Assembly: GCF_009914755.1 (NCBI RefSeq)
Contig: NC_060946.1
Length of the DNA: 64,000 nt
Source of the DNA: the human T2T-CHM13v2.0 reference genome, Homo sapiens
Reading direction: 5' to 3' (one strand)
In this document: positions 43,171 to 58,100 of the stretch, one piece after another
How the letters are laid out: each line of letters starts with the position of its first letter
How positions within the stretch are numbered: position 1 is the first letter of the stretch
Program-made: the position numbers and the translations under genes
Notes under the pieces: model-generated
Database searches by the model: none
What the model saw: only the letters and a program-made list of their open reading frames with translations
What the model was told of the DNA's origin: nothing

Positions 43171-44330
43171 GCCTATTTCTTAGGGCTGTTGTTGAGAGTT
43201 AATTGAGTTCACAGATGAACATGACAGATATGTAAGTGCTATGTAAGTGGAAGCTATGTTTGTACAGAATAATGGACATTATTTTACAAGGGCAATGGCT
43301 GATTCAAGGTTGCAAAGTTGGGCTGGTAATTAGCGAGACCACCCAAGTTCAATGGCAGGGCTTCTTGCCTTTCTCAGAAGATAGGCTACTTTTCACCATC
43401 TCTGCTTGAATCTCAAGCTACTGCAGGCCACAGGTGGACCGCTCAGCTGGAAAGAGTTTGAGGTATCCCAGCTGGGCACATGGGTCCAGGCTGTCCAACT
43501 CCTGTAGCATTCTGTTCCCAGGAGCTACCTTTGTACCCTTGGCTTATTGCTTCTCTAGGAACCACAGCTGCCTGTCTTGCCACACATCCCTGCCCCCGTT
43601 CTAGCCTCTGTGGCAAAGCCTGGGTAGCAGAGAAGACACTTTCCTTACACAGCTTTTCAATAAAGAATCTACAGGGTGGTTCCCTCCTGCTGCCTGCAAG
43701 CTGCCCCTGTACACACCTGAGCAGGCCACATTAAAAGCCTGTTTTTCTTAGTCTTCCTCTCTGCGAAGGCTGTTTTTTTCTGCAGCCAGGACAGTCAAAC
43801 ATCAGTCCTTGGAATGCATCCCTCTTTGTTTCCATATGAGGACCCTGACTTTAGAGAAGTTCAAGGTCACACAGCAAATTAGCTTCATACACTGAGCTAG
43901 AACTCAGGTCTGCTGAAGTTCCTACCCAGACCTTTGCCATTCACACCTCTCTTAAGGGCTGGAGGCAGGGGTAGCTGCTGACCTTTGGGACTTGTGGGTG
44001 CGAGACAGGCAAAGGAAGCAGAGAGGGTTACAAATCAGCTCTGGTTTAGCCAGAAGGAAGAACCAGACATCTATATTGTCTATATTAGAGCTGACTATGA
44101 ATAGTCAAGGAAAAAAACTGGAAGAAATACACCAACATTCTAACACTGAGGAAAGGCGTTACGGGTGACAATTTTTTTTTTCTTCAAGTTTATTTATATT
44201 TTCTGAAATCTGTGCAATGAACATGCACACACATCTCTAGCTCTACTAGTACTCTCTTTAGGAGATTTTGCTCATGTAAGTTATGTACTCCATACACCTA
44301 ATTTTAGAATGCGCATAACCTCCTCCCTTA

Positions 44331-44763
<433 letters not shown>

Positions 44764-45305
44764 TTCATGTTTTGCCTGTAAATAAAAGACTTTGTCTTAA
44801 AAAAAATTATTCAATTTGTGCAAAAGTGGCTTCCATGCACATTCCAAGTATTCCCGCTATTCCCTGCTAATTGGCACAGCTGCCAAACTGCTGGTGAAAG
44901 GGCAAATCCTGATCTTGCAGCTGCTTTCCAGCTCATGGTTGCATTTAGGATTCCACCTCCACTGCCCCCTCCTCCTGTTTTATTAATTAGTGTCATGGCA
45001 GAACTTAGTGTAATTACAAACTCCTTTTGTCAATATTACTTGTTTGATGCTTGGGCTGGCTTCTCCATTCATAGAAACAATAGAGCTTTTGCATGAATTA
45101 CACCAGGAATGAATGGCTGTAGTTACAACCATCTTTGGCCAGTACACAAAATGTTTAAATTATTTTCACTTGCATAGCAAGAGATTGCTTTTCTAGTAAA
45201 CAATCAAAGTTAAGTAAACATAACCAAATTGGAAGGAGGCGGAGGGTCCATGCTTGAAGGGTGGGTGACAGGCTGGAAGAAGGTGCAACAAGAAGCAAGG
45301 GACAG

Positions 45306-45844
45306 TGTCCATCAACAGATGAATGAATAAAGAAAATGTGATGCGTATACACGATAGAGTACTATTCAGCCATAAAAAAGAATGAGATTCGGTCATTTGC
45401 GGCAATGTGAATGGAACTGGAAGTCATTATGTTAAGTGAAATAAGCCAGACACAGAAAGAGAAACATCGCATATTCTCACTTACTTGTGGGATATAAAAA
45501 TCAAAACAATTTAACCCATGGGAATAGACAGTAGGAGGTGGGATGGCTAATGGGTACAAAAATGTAGTTAGAATGAATGAATAAGGCCTGGTATTTAATA
45601 GCACAGCAGGATGACTGTGGTCAATGATAATTTCATTGTACATTAAAAAATAACTAAAGGAGTATAGTTGGATTGTTTGTAACACAAAGGATAATTGCTT
45701 GAGGGGATGGATACCCCATTTTCCATGATATGGTTGTTATGCATTGCACACCTGTATCAAAACATCTCATGTACCCCATAAATATATATGCCTACTATGT
45801 ACCCACAAAAATTAAAAATAAAAACATTATAAAATGAAAAGGAA
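45306..45844 (+). mobile_element. 5'-truncated L1 (L1MA-type 3' end)
   Basis: L1 3' UTR motifs (tactattcagccataaaaaagaatgag; catctcatgtaccccataaatata); perfect 19-bp TSD aacaagaagcaagggacag at 45287-45305 and 45845-45863. Confidence 0.9.
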
Positions 45845-47253
45845 AACAAGAAGCAAGGGACAGACATCTCACTGGGAGAATGAGATCCCGGTGGTGAGGT
45901 CACAGAAAGTTGCAGACATCACTCCAGTCTTGGCGTAGGGGAGAAATCCCCTCTGGCTTTAAAGGGACCCTGCTGTCACCCTCATCCTAATAAGAGACAC
46001 CTTTATCTGTCTCCTCTGTTCTGATCTACCCTTTCTGAGCTCCATGCCCTGGAATCCAATCTGAATTCTTTCTTTCTCACTTTTCATGATCTTCTGTCTC
46101 TAGGGACTTAAGTCTTCCTCCCTGCTGGGCGTCTGATGTTTTTCCCTTGACTGGATCTCTAGTTTCCATATAACACCTGTCTCATAGCTGGAAGGGACAT
46201 CACCTGCATTTCAGAGTTGCTGTGAGGTGTGACACGACTACAGAAAACCAGGTGTAAAGAAATGCATCTTGTGCCTGTACCTGGAAAAGCCCCATGCAAT
46301 GTGCAGGATTATTACAATGGGAAGTCAAGGAAGAATTTGAGAGGGAATAGGCTTTGCACATCAACAAGTCTGATTGCCAATTAGAGATCTAATGGTTAAT
46401 TTCTGCGTGACCTTGGACAAGTTATTCAACCTCTCTGAGCCTCCGTCTCTTTGAGTCTAAGATGGGTTAATAATAAGAAGCAAGTGAAAAAGTATGGCTT
46501 CCTAGCACATTACCTTGCACATAGTAGGGGCTCAACGAGAATCATCATCAATTGCATTCATTCATTCATTCATTTGATAAAGTTTTACTGAGCACCTGTT
46601 GCGTGCGAGATGCTGTGTTAAGTGCTTGTTTTATTCCACTTGCTTCTTGTTATCGTTATTCTCCCTCTTACAGATGAAGAGAGGTTGAGTAACTTGCCTG
46701 AAGTCAGGCAGAAATGAATGTTTGGAACTGTGTCTAAAGCCCAGTTTGGTTGAATTGCTGAGGAATAGAGAGGGAGAAGAGCCTAGGGGTGGTCCTGCTT
46801 TTATCAAACCTGCATTCTGATGGTGGAGTGTGTGTGTGTGTATGTGTGTGAGTGTGTCCAAAAATAGAGTGCACAGATTGATAAATAAAACACGAGAATA
46901 CAATTGGAGTTACGAGGCCAGAGAACGTAGTGCTATGATGAAGAGCAGGGTAGGCAGTTGTAGCCTCCCAGAGAGGAAGGCATTGGAATTAAGACCCGAA
47001 TGAAATGAAGGAGCCAGCTGTGGGAAGGCCTGAAGAAAATGAGTAATGGCAGATCAAGGCACGTTCTAGGAAGTGAAAGAAAACCAGTGTCCCCCGGGAA
47101 GGTAGATGAGGGAGCAGCAGCCCTCTTGTTCCCCTTTTCTCTTTCTCCATCGCATCTTCCTCTTTCCCTTTCTCCTACCTTTCTTCTCCTCTGAAGATGA
47201 CCCATAGAAACCCACTGACACCCTCAGTTTCTTAAAATGCCCCAGTGCCCCAG

Positions 47254-47728
47254 GCAGGATTGGCCACGTCATTTGTAGGGTTCAGTGTGAAGTGAAAGTG
47301 TGAGGCTTGCTGGGCGCGGTGGCTCATGTCTGTAATCCCAACACTTTGGGAGGCCAAGGCGGGTGGATCACTTGAGGTCAGGAGTTCGAGCCCCGCCTGG
47401 CCAACATGGTGAAACCCTGTCTCTACCCAAAATACAAAAATTAGCCGGGCTTGGTGGTGCACTTGGGAGGCTGAGGTAGGAGGATGGCTTGAACGAGGGA
47501 GGCAGAGGTTGCAGTGAGCTGAGATGGCGCCAGTGTACTATAGCCTGGGCAACAGAGTGAAACTCTGTCGCAAAAAAAAAAAAAAAAAAAAAAAAAACGA
47601 AGGAAAAAAGAAAGTATGGGTCTCCTTGTTAAAAAATTATTTAAGATTTCAAGACAGTAACACAAGAGCATTAAACCAAAATGCAGGCCCTTCTGGGCAT
47701 GGGTCGCAAGCCCCTGAAGCCAGCCCTG
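47254..47728 (-). mobile_element. MER45A-like hAT element split by a sense Alu (47308-47613)
   Basis: attatttaagatttcaagac...agagcattaaacc...gaagccagccctg; the Alu has an internal deletion. Confidence 0.75.
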
Positions 47729-48199
47729 ACCCCAGGGTGGTTCTTAGGGAGCATTTCCTAATTCTCAGCAGGCCTTGATCCTAATATGTTGACTTAGAAC
47801 TTGGATTTGAGTGGAAACACAGTGTAGACTTCAGTAATATCATAGAAATGGGGAAACTGGGGGAAAAAATTGCCCATGAAGTCTCAACACATTTCAAAGA
47901 ATTAATATTGTATAAAGCATGTTGTCTGATCACAGTGCAATTAAATTGGTTATAAACAATGAAAAGAAGTATTTGTGTTGCTAGGCTGTAAATCCACCGT
48001 CCATAGCAGAACCCCCAGCTCCTGCCCAGGCCCCAGTCTATAGTCTCCACTTGCTAACAGCTCCACGCTACACTTCACTCCTAATTTCCTCATCACCCTG
48101 GGGTAAGAGGTTTGGATTAGAGCCTGAGGGACTGGTTCGAGGTACTTCTCCAAACAGAGTTCTCAATTATAATAAATTCAAAGCCAACCCAGGAGAGAA

Positions 48200-48240
<41 letters not shown>

Positions 48241-48269
48241 CACACGAGAGAGAGAGAGAGAGAGAGAGA
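48200..48269 (+). repeat. Compound (CA)n(GA)n microsatellite
   Basis: Direct reading. Confidence 0.95.
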
Positions 48270-49691
48270 TGCTTCAGCTGCAGGTGAGGTTCTTTGAGAG
48301 ACTTGTTCAAATTACAAAAAGTCACATTTCCCCATGTTGGGAATTAGATCTGAGCATAACAGGCCTTCCAGGCTGGAAACGTGGCTACGTGCTCAGAAAG
48401 CCAGGTAGCCTATGTGGCAGCATTTAAACGTGTGCTCTCCTGCACTAGAGCCCTGCATTGTAACTTGCACTGTGGCATCAACCTCCTTAGATTAATGGAG
48501 AAATGCTTTAAGCCAGTCACCCAGGCCTAAAGTATGCTCATTATTCTTGGAGGGAGGAATATGCTGGCTGACACAGCCCTGTCTATTCATGGCCCAGGGG
48601 CTGCGGCTGCTCTGTCTGTCACCTTGGCTAGGGGGTAAAGGGGTTTGGGCGAGATGTAGAGAGGTCAGTGAATGACCTCTTGCTCTTGGGTCGGCTGAAA
48701 GTGCATAAGTACCAGCTGGCCCAATCTGAGACGAATGCTCTGAAAAAAGAGTCCTCAGTTGCTTTGTTGAGTGTAAGTTGGACATTTTCCAACGTACATC
48801 CTTTTATAACCTGGCTAAAATTAGGCTGCAGTAGGACAAGTGGAAAGATCTGGGTCTAACGGAAGATTCTGGTTGCTACTGAGGGCACGCTTCTGAGTTA
48901 ATTTATTCATGAGTGGACCCAGGCTCTGTCCAAACTGTAAAGTTTCTTGCTACCTAGTAGGACAGTCATTGGAACTTCCAACAGCTCTTTTCCTGCAACT
49001 TTTTTACTTTCTAGTTTGTCCCCTATGAGTAATGAATGTGCTCCAGGCCAGGGAGAACAGCTTAAAGCATTCCTATTAATCTGAGAAGGTTGATGCTGCA
49101 GTTCAAGTTGCAATGCAAGGCCTTAGTACCATATAACACCTGTTTAAATGATGCTGCATAGACCACCTGGCTTTCCTTCTAGCCCATATATCCAGCTAGT
49201 AGGATTCACAGAGAGTCAGGGCTCCAAACTACTTTGTCTATTCCAGCATTACGGGAAATAATGATAATTGTAACAATAGGTACCTTTTCTTGAGAAATTA
49301 CTTTGTGCAGGTACTGTGCTACCTGTTTGGCATATGTTATCCTCAAAACAACTCTCTGAGGCTCCTACCATTATTCTTCCCAGTTTGCAGATGAAGAAAC
49401 TGAGAAGTCAAGAAAGTTGCCCCAATCCATGCAGTAGGTGATGAAGCCATGGTCTGATGTCCAGGCTGACCCCATAACCTAAACTGCTAATGGCCAAGCG
49501 TTGTTGTCATGTCAAATGTAACCTACTTCCTCCTTTCCCTTGTCAAGGTCTCTGTTCTCTGCCCAGTAACTGCCCTGTCGTTAAGGAGAACTTGTATCTG
49601 TCACTGTGAGATGGGGCCAATGAATTTACATGTTACTTCCCAGGCAACATTTGCATTTAGACTGGAATTGTCTGGCAAAGACTGACCCTAA

Positions 49692-50231
<540 letters not shown>

Positions 50232-53200
50232 TAAAAAGCCACTTGCACCAAGGGGAGAGAAAACCACTGACCGCATGTCAGGAGATGAGGGTCCCAGACA
50301 GCTGTACCACCAAATGAATCAGGACCATGGACAGGTCATCTGCCCTTTGGGCCCCTGCCCACTCAGCAGAAAACAATGAATGGACACCTTATGTGTTGGG
50401 ACAGGGGGTACAGTAGGGAACAAGCAGACATGGACTTGCCTTGTGGAGCTTGTAGCCCAGAGACACTTTCTTCACATGGTAAAAGGGCCAATGTGTTTCA
50501 AACGTCCTCCTTATTGTAGAATTCGTTTTTTATACCAAAGCTAACTCATGTACAAAATTCTAGCTTAGGATGGAGTGCAGCCATCCTCTGATTGGAGTGA
50601 CAGAGGAAGGTTTTGGGCTAAGCCTTCCTCCTAGGTCTCTCTTCTTGACCCCTTGGTACCCACACTTTACATGGGGTCTCCTAGAACTCGAGGGCTCCAT
50701 GCACCATGGTATACAAACTCAAGTACTTTCCAGGACCAATAACCTGTGACTTACGTGCAGTCTATATGGTAGTGAGTTCTGCCCATGTGGTTTAATACTT
50801 CTCAGGAGCAGACAGTACAAAGCTCCCCACTGCTTCTGCCTGAAAGCCTTTTTTTTTTTTTTTTTTAAATCTCCTGTCCCGAAGGCTTCATTGCGGATCA
50901 TCTCATGATAAAGGTGTTAGGTGCCTTCAGCATTTGTTCGTACAATAAACGTGAGCTATAGTTCCCAGAAGCTCTTAATTCAGCCTTCTTATTTTAAACA
51001 TACTCTCATTTTTTGGAGACCATCTCAAATGGTAGGAAGCATGGGGTCCAGGTCAGATATCACACTTGGTGTGGACAGTATTTCATCATGAATGAACAAA
51101 CAGACCAGCTGGTGGGTCTTGACTTCAGCCTTAGATATTCTGTGCAAGTTTAGTGAAACAGGTTCATGGGCAAAAGCAACCAGTGTGCAGATACTATAAA
51201 AATGTAGGATTAATAAGCAGCTATACTTCCATCTTTTTTATTTGTCCTTGTGGCTAGTTCTTTTCCAGATCAGAAGCTTAGGAGGAGCTAGTAAGGATTG
51301 CCGATAATCTTAGGCTCTTATAAGATTGTCCCTTTAGATTCTTCACTGTTTTTTTTTTCTCCCACATTGTGACACTGTGATTAAGGGTGTAACAGTAGTT
51401 AGCAGTGCAGTGTTGGGTCATGCCTGCTGTCTGCTTCTTCCTCATATAAACTATTGGCCTAGTAAATGCAGATCTTCCTGTTAAGGTAGAAAAAGCATTG
51501 AGATTAGCTATTGTAATAGAGTCTGGCAGAAACTGAAAGACAAACTCTAAATGAAGAGAGCTTAACAAAAGGACTATTTACAAAGGTGTGAGGAAGCTCC
51601 AAGGTATAGATGGCGCAGCACCTAGGGAATAGCAGCAACTGAGAGCAGTAACTCCTGCAAGGTCTGAAGGGAGAAAAAGAGGGTGCAATTGCTGGAATCC
51701 AGAAAGAAAGAGAGTGAGAGAGAAGCCTGATAGGAGGAGCTCTGGCCTTTGGTTGAGAGCTGGAGCCAACACAAGGAAAGGCAGTAGAGAGAAATCCAGA
51801 AATCCAGGACAATAAGTAACTTCAGCTTCCCTGTCTTCCCTCCTTCCTGTCAACTGTCAGTTGCATTCCCTATTGGCTGAGTCCAAGAGAAAGCCATGGG
51901 ATAGGGAACCCATTGATGTTGTCCATACAGATCAGCCCCCTGTGTGGACAGAGTGGGTCAGAGAGCAGGAGCATGTGGAAGAGTAAGGAGATGAGAAGAT
52001 GCCCAGCATGATTAGACATCAAGGAGGGAATGGGTCTCTAGTGCTGGGGAAGAGCCCTTTGGAAGAGGGTGAATCTGAATGCCGAGTCCACCCGTGGGGC
52101 TAGTACTCATGGAGTCAGCCAGGGTAAATAGTAAACAAGAACTAACACCAGTGTGTGCTTTGATTAGCTATTGGGCTATAAAGACTTTCCTGAGTGCTGG
52201 ATTCAAGTAAAGATTGGTGTTTAGTCAAAGTAGGTGAGGAAGTACTCAAAATGTAAGTGAATGGGTGACTGTGTTCCAATAAAACTTTTTCCCTGTACAG
52301 AAACATATTCCCTTGTTTTGGGGGTTAGAATGTGAACATCTTTGGGGACCATTATTCTGCCTCCTACAAGGCCATTCACAAAAGCTGCTTTTGTTCCACT
52401 GCAGAGTCTTTTTCTTTAAAAGGGCTAGATAGTAAATATTTAGCCTTTTCATGCCATGTTGTCTTTGTTGCACTACTATTATGGTGCAAAAACAATCACA
52501 GACAAAAATCTCTATTTATAAAAATAAATGGTAGGCTAGAATTGGCCCATGGCTGTTGTTTACTGACTTTTCTTCTGTTGGATTCACCAAGCATTGTCTG
52601 AGAACTTCTGGTCTGACTGAGCTTTGGGGCTGAAGGATGAATAAGACTTGTTCTTGGTCCAGAAGGGATGTTGGTCACTGCCTGGACAAATGCATGTAAA
52701 TAGAAGCCCCCAGGGTGACAGGCTTTTGAGGGTGGGAGCCAAGGAGCAGCAGGTGCAGCTCTTAGAGGAAACAGCTTGATCTTCTAAAAGAGGAATTGTC
52801 CAGATTACAGCAGAGAATACTGAGAAGCCCCAGCCTGATGATCCAGATTAAAATGATGTCCTAGGTGTCTGAGGTTTGCGGTTTGGCTGTCTGCACCCAC
52901 CCACTGAACAACTGCATGCTGATTAGGAGCATGAGCTTAACAGGCCTGGGATCAAAAGCTGTGTGACTTAGACAAGTATGTCAGGTTCCTAATCTCTAAA
53001 ATGGAGACACATGGGGTAGGTAGATGAGATTGTGTGGGTAGCATATTTGTTGAATGGAGGGATGCTCTCTAAAGAACAGCTACCATCGTAATTAGTATTG
53101 GAGTTTCCCACAATGCCCTGGGAAGCTGCCCTGCTCCATGTCTGATTTGCTAGCACTCACAAAGAACATACAGCTAATACCTTGCTTGTTAGCAATAACA

Positions 53201-53533
53201 ATGCTATTAATAATAGCAGTACTAGTTGTACTAAAACAAGAGTAGCGGTAATGGTTGCTACCACTTAATTAGCACTATCTATTTGCCAGGAACCATGCTG
53301 AGATCTTCACAAGGGTTATCTCACTTACTCTGCTCCACAACAGAGCCCCATTATTTGCCACATTTTAGGAAGGAAGAAAGGAAGCTCAGGGAAGGCAAGT
53401 GACTTCCCTGAGATCACACAGGGGCAAAGGTTGGAAGTGGGATTCACACTCATGTCTGTCTAACGTCAATAACCATGCTTCCAAGCCCCTGGCAGCACGA
53501 GGATAACACACTCTTTCTTGTGCCTCTTACTAG

Positions 53534-53578
53534 TGTCCAGACGGCAGTGGATTGTGGCAGCAGCGGCCGAAAAGAGAT
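53534..53578 (+). CDS. MYO18B: MYO18B 45-nt coding exon (~exon 41): (S)VQTAVDCGSSGRKE(M)
   Basis: Acceptor cctcttactag|, donor GAT|gtaagt; phase 2-2; completes AG|T (Ser) and AT|G (Met); matches the recalled MYO18B sequence DTESVQTAVDCGSSGRKEMDN. Confidence 0.9.
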
Positions 53579-54101
53579 GTAAGTTAACCCCAGGTAGAAC
53601 TGAGCAGCTCACAAGGGTGAGCCCCTGGCTCTCTCTGTCCAGTTTGCAGAGGGAACATCCATGTCCACTTGGAGAATTATCAGTGATGCCCATGAGACTA
53701 ATGCCTTCATGGTCATAACCTATAGCACTAGGAACATCGTATTGAACTGCCCTAGTTCTTTTAGACAGAAAGAAGCCTATGCCTTCTCATGCTACTGTCC
53801 TCAGACACCTTCAATGGCTCCCTATTGCCCCAGAACAGACTTTTTACACTGATGTTTGTATTCTGCACATTCAGACCCTTGCCTTCCCCTCCAACTGTGA
53901 TTTCTGGTTTCCATATTGTTTATGCCCCGACCTTTATGACCTCCGTACCTATGTGTACGTGATTCCTTCCACCCAAAATTCCGTTCTTCAGTCCCTGCGT
54001 GGCCAAACCCTAACCTTCAAAGAAGATGTAGCTCAACTTTCACTACTTGATGTCTTTCCTTAGGCCTCCAAGAAGCAAATCAAGGCTCCCTCTTTGAAAG
54101 A

Positions 54102-54239
54102 AAAAATTATTAATGCTTTATAGAGGCACAGAGGGTAGGTTTTATTAGAACCTACCATTACTAATGCTTTATAGAGGGACAGAGAGCAGGTTCTAGTAAA
54201 ACCTACCCTCTGTCCCTCTATAAAATATTAATAATTTTT
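54102..54239. repeat. 52-bp inverted repeat overlapping a 51-bp tandem duplication
   Basis: 54102-54153 vs 54188-54239 are 48/52 complementary; 54106-54156 is repeated at 54157-54207. Confidence 0.92.
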
Positions 54240-54986
54240 AAAAATTTTATTGTTATTTATAGAGATGGGGTCTTGAGGGACAGGGTCAATGTTAAGTTCA
54301 TGTGGACAAGAACTGGTGCTTGGCATAAATAGAGCGTCCTATTAAAAAACTATATATTATAATATATATACACATACACACATATAAATAATATTAATAA
54401 ATATACACACATACATATACACACACATATACATAATGTTGAATGAGTATATCAACTTACGTGGTCTCATTGAGGACCTGTGACGACCCCCTCTCTTTCT
54501 GTGCCGCTTTCAGAATCAGGGGACATAAAAGTAGAGTCCCTGTTTTAAAGATGATCCAGATAAGGTAAGGAAGGAGTTAAGACCTTCACACTTGATATAT
54601 TCCTTGAACACATCAAATTCAATGCCAAACTTTACTCCTAAATTGGAGAGACCTCAACATTTGTAGTGGAGTGTGTATCTCCCCAAGGAAGAGTGCCATG
54701 ATTAATAGCATGGGCATTGGAATAAAAAGGAACAGGGTTTGCATCCCAATTTCATCATTGACTAGCTGGGTGACCTTGGCCAAGACCCAAATTGGCCTCT
54801 CCAAATCTCAGTAATTCCATCTGTGTAACTGTGACAGCACTGGCTCCTACCTCTCTGGGATGGCGAGTGAGGTTATGCAGGTATATCACTTAGCACAATG
54901 CCTGGCTTATGCTATGGGTGAATATCTAATTATTGCTGTTACTGTGATTGTCATTGTGCTGATGGTGTCCTGCAATCTTATTCTAG

Positions 54987-55124
54987 GGATAACGTCTCCA
55001 TCCTCAGCTCCCAGCCAGAGGGCAGCCTGCAGTCCTGGTTGAGCTGTACTCTGTCCCTGGCCACAGATACTATGAGGACTCCTTCTCGACAGTCAGCCAC
55101 CAGCAGCCGCATCCTCAGCCCCAG
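54987..55124 (+). CDS. MYO18B: MYO18B coding exon (~exon 42): (M)DNVSILSSQPEGSLQSWLSCTLSLATDTMRTPSRQSATSSRILSP(R)
   Basis: Acceptor cttattctag|, donor CAG|gtaaga; 138 nt, phase 2-2; open and in frame with the previous exons; not captured by the supplied ORF track. Confidence 0.92.
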
Positions 55125-58100
55125 GTAAGAGTATCTCCTTGCTGCCTCTGGATGGCTAATAGCTTGAAGAATCTCAGACTTTGAAAGTTGTTGTTCAAGT
55201 CTTTCATTGTCTCTGGCATAGGCAAAAACAAGCATGGTCCTGAAAGTCTGGGGTATAACTCTGCCACTTCCTAGCTGTGTGACTTTAGGCAGATCCTTTA
55301 CCCTCTCTGAGCTTCTACTTCCTCATCTGCAATACATGGAATATAATTTTATTTACTGATCCAAATGGTTGAAGCAATGAGGACCTAATGCAGTCCTCTC
55401 CAGAGCATGGTTTTCCAGATTTTTAAATAGCACAGGGTGAACATTTTAAAAAATAGTAATAGTTGTTATAGTTGCCTTCTACTTAAGGCACATCATACTC
55501 TTTTTTCCATTTATGGGTAATTACAGGTTCAAAAAATTTTTAATAAACATATTCACTTAAGCTTTTTTAATGGAAAGTCATTATAAAGAAATTGGGCCAG
55601 ATGATTTATCACCTGGAGATTTTAGCTTTATTCAAATTTTAGCTTTATTTTTAATTTTATAATTTCCTTACCACAGAAAGGGATGAATTCAGGTGTGGCC
55701 TGATATGGGAGCCTCACAAATCTACAGAATTGCCAACAACAACCGCCTCCAATAAATGGGCCTTTGGATTCACCCTTAGTTGCACAGTTTCTATCATCCA
55801 TCTTCCTTCTTGCTTTTCAGCTCCATTTCTCTGAGCTCACTTGGTTTCCCTTTTCAAGGGTGGCCCTCTTGTAATTAGGAGTTAATGGCCATAAGTCAGA
55901 AATTATGGATTAAGATATGCATAATTAAGATGAGATGCTCACAGTTTTTGTGAACAGAAGGCCCAATATGATAAGACTGGAAAAATCACAGACTCACGGA
56001 GCAAACCCAGACAACCGCTTCCTGACTCAAAACGTGTTTGCTTTGATGCAGGGGTTGTCTTTACAAAAAGAAGGGAGTGGGAGTTTATGCTAAACTTTTG
56101 GGCATATTTGGCAAATGGCAAATGTCTGGTGCATGTCTGCAGATAATCTTAGGCTGAAAGACTTGATGTAGAAAATATCAAAGACAGGCTCCAAGAATGG
56201 GTTGCTTCTGGGGAGCTAATTAAAGCAAGATTATCTGATTACTGCTCTTAATTAAAAACAAAGGCCTGTATGAAGAAGGGAATTGTGTCCTCTGTGAACT
56301 CCAAACTATGAGGACTTTATCTCTTCTGAAAACTAAATACCTTTGCGTTAGCCTGTCTGCCAGTGGCAGCAGGAGAATTGGAGGCAGCCAGAGAAGAATG
56401 TGAATGCTCATTAACATAATAACCAAGTTTCATAATTCTAATTATATTAGGGTGGATAATAAGGATCCTAACAGATGAATTGCAGCCTAACCTAAGTTGT
56501 TTGGCACCTGTTTGAATGGGAGATGGTAGGGTATTACGGTTTCGGTGCAGGATCTGAAGTCAGAGCTGGATTCCAATTCTTTTTTTTTTTCATTTGCTGT
56601 ACATGTTTAAGATATAATTGGCAATATCAATATTGCCAAAACAAAAAGTAGGCACTTTTTACATTGTAATGGCCTGTTGAAAAGTTTTAGAATTGTTATT
56701 CTATACAGAGATTCATCTTTAATCAGTGTTCTGGCTGCTTCCAAATTCACTGAATTCTCTAGCACTGGATTAGAAAGCATAATCTATAGGAAAACGTATA
56801 CAATGTATAGTTTTTAAAGTCAACGTTTTTAGAACAACAAGACAAACCAGTACATATAACTTTCAATAAGCATTTATCAAATGCTTACTATGTATGGACC
56901 CGGACATAGATTAAAAAATAATATTCCAATTCTTTATTTGCATATCTGCAGCTGTGAGATTTTGGACAAGCTGCTTAACTTCTCTGTTCATGTTTCCTCC
57001 CGAGTAAATCATGATTGTTGTCAGGGGTAATGTGGTGATGCACAAGCCACTCTTTACTCAGAGCCTGGCACCTAGAAAGAGCCACAAAAAATTAGCCATT
57101 TTTATCAGCAGCAGTAACTATTTGATGCCCGGAGGAATCCCGGGAGATAGACTTCACTGTCTATCTTCATGTTACAGAAGAGAAATCTGAGACTCAGAGA
57201 AGGGGGAGCAACTGATCCATGCATAGATGGTCTTACAGCTCCTGCAGTGGCCCCTCAGGCAAGGTGGGTCTTCAGCATCTCCCAGAGAGCCCTATCCAGA
57301 GTCTCTTTCCCTTTTCTTTTCCCTTTCCCCTTCCAAGTTCTTGGGCATGTTCAGCTGCTGTTTGGAGTGAAAGTGCTTGCACCAAGAACAGGGAGGGGGC
57401 AGGAGGCAAGGGAGATACTTACACATCTGTAAGAAGGGATTTCTTGTCTGTCTTCCTCATGGCCACATCCCCAGGGCTGGCTCACAGTTGGTGCTCAATA
57501 AATGTTTGTTGAATGAATAACTGACCAGAGCATCAAGGCTGGAGCAGAAATATTAATTGTATTTGGTCACAGCTCAGCATTGATTGTGGCACAGAGAGGG
57601 TTGGTAGTTTACTAATAGCACAAAGTAGGTAAGTGGAAGAGCCAGAATTTGAACCTAGGTTGGAATCCCACCAAAGCCTCTATTTTATTTGCCATGCTAC
57701 CACAGCTCTCTGACATTCATCCAGGAGGTAGACCACTCACCTGGTAAAGTTTACTGGAAAAATCTGATCTCTGTTTATTAGTACTAAAACTGCCTAAGGA
57801 TTATTATGCAACCTTCAATGTTCAGCCAAGACAAAGTGCTACTGAGCACCAGATCCTACGACATTAAGCCCTAAAAATTATGAACCCCTTCCTTTGAATA
57901 TGTTTATAGCTTGAGGACTCAAGGCATTCTGAGTTGCAAAGGACCACCGGGATTATCCAGCCCAACTTGCTCAGTTTATAGATGGGAAAACCTGAGGTCT
58001 GCAGAGGGAAATATCTTATCCAAATTTATGGTATGAACTGACACAGAGTACAGGTGTCTTGACTTCTAGCTCTTTTTAATTGCACAAGCAATCTATGAAT

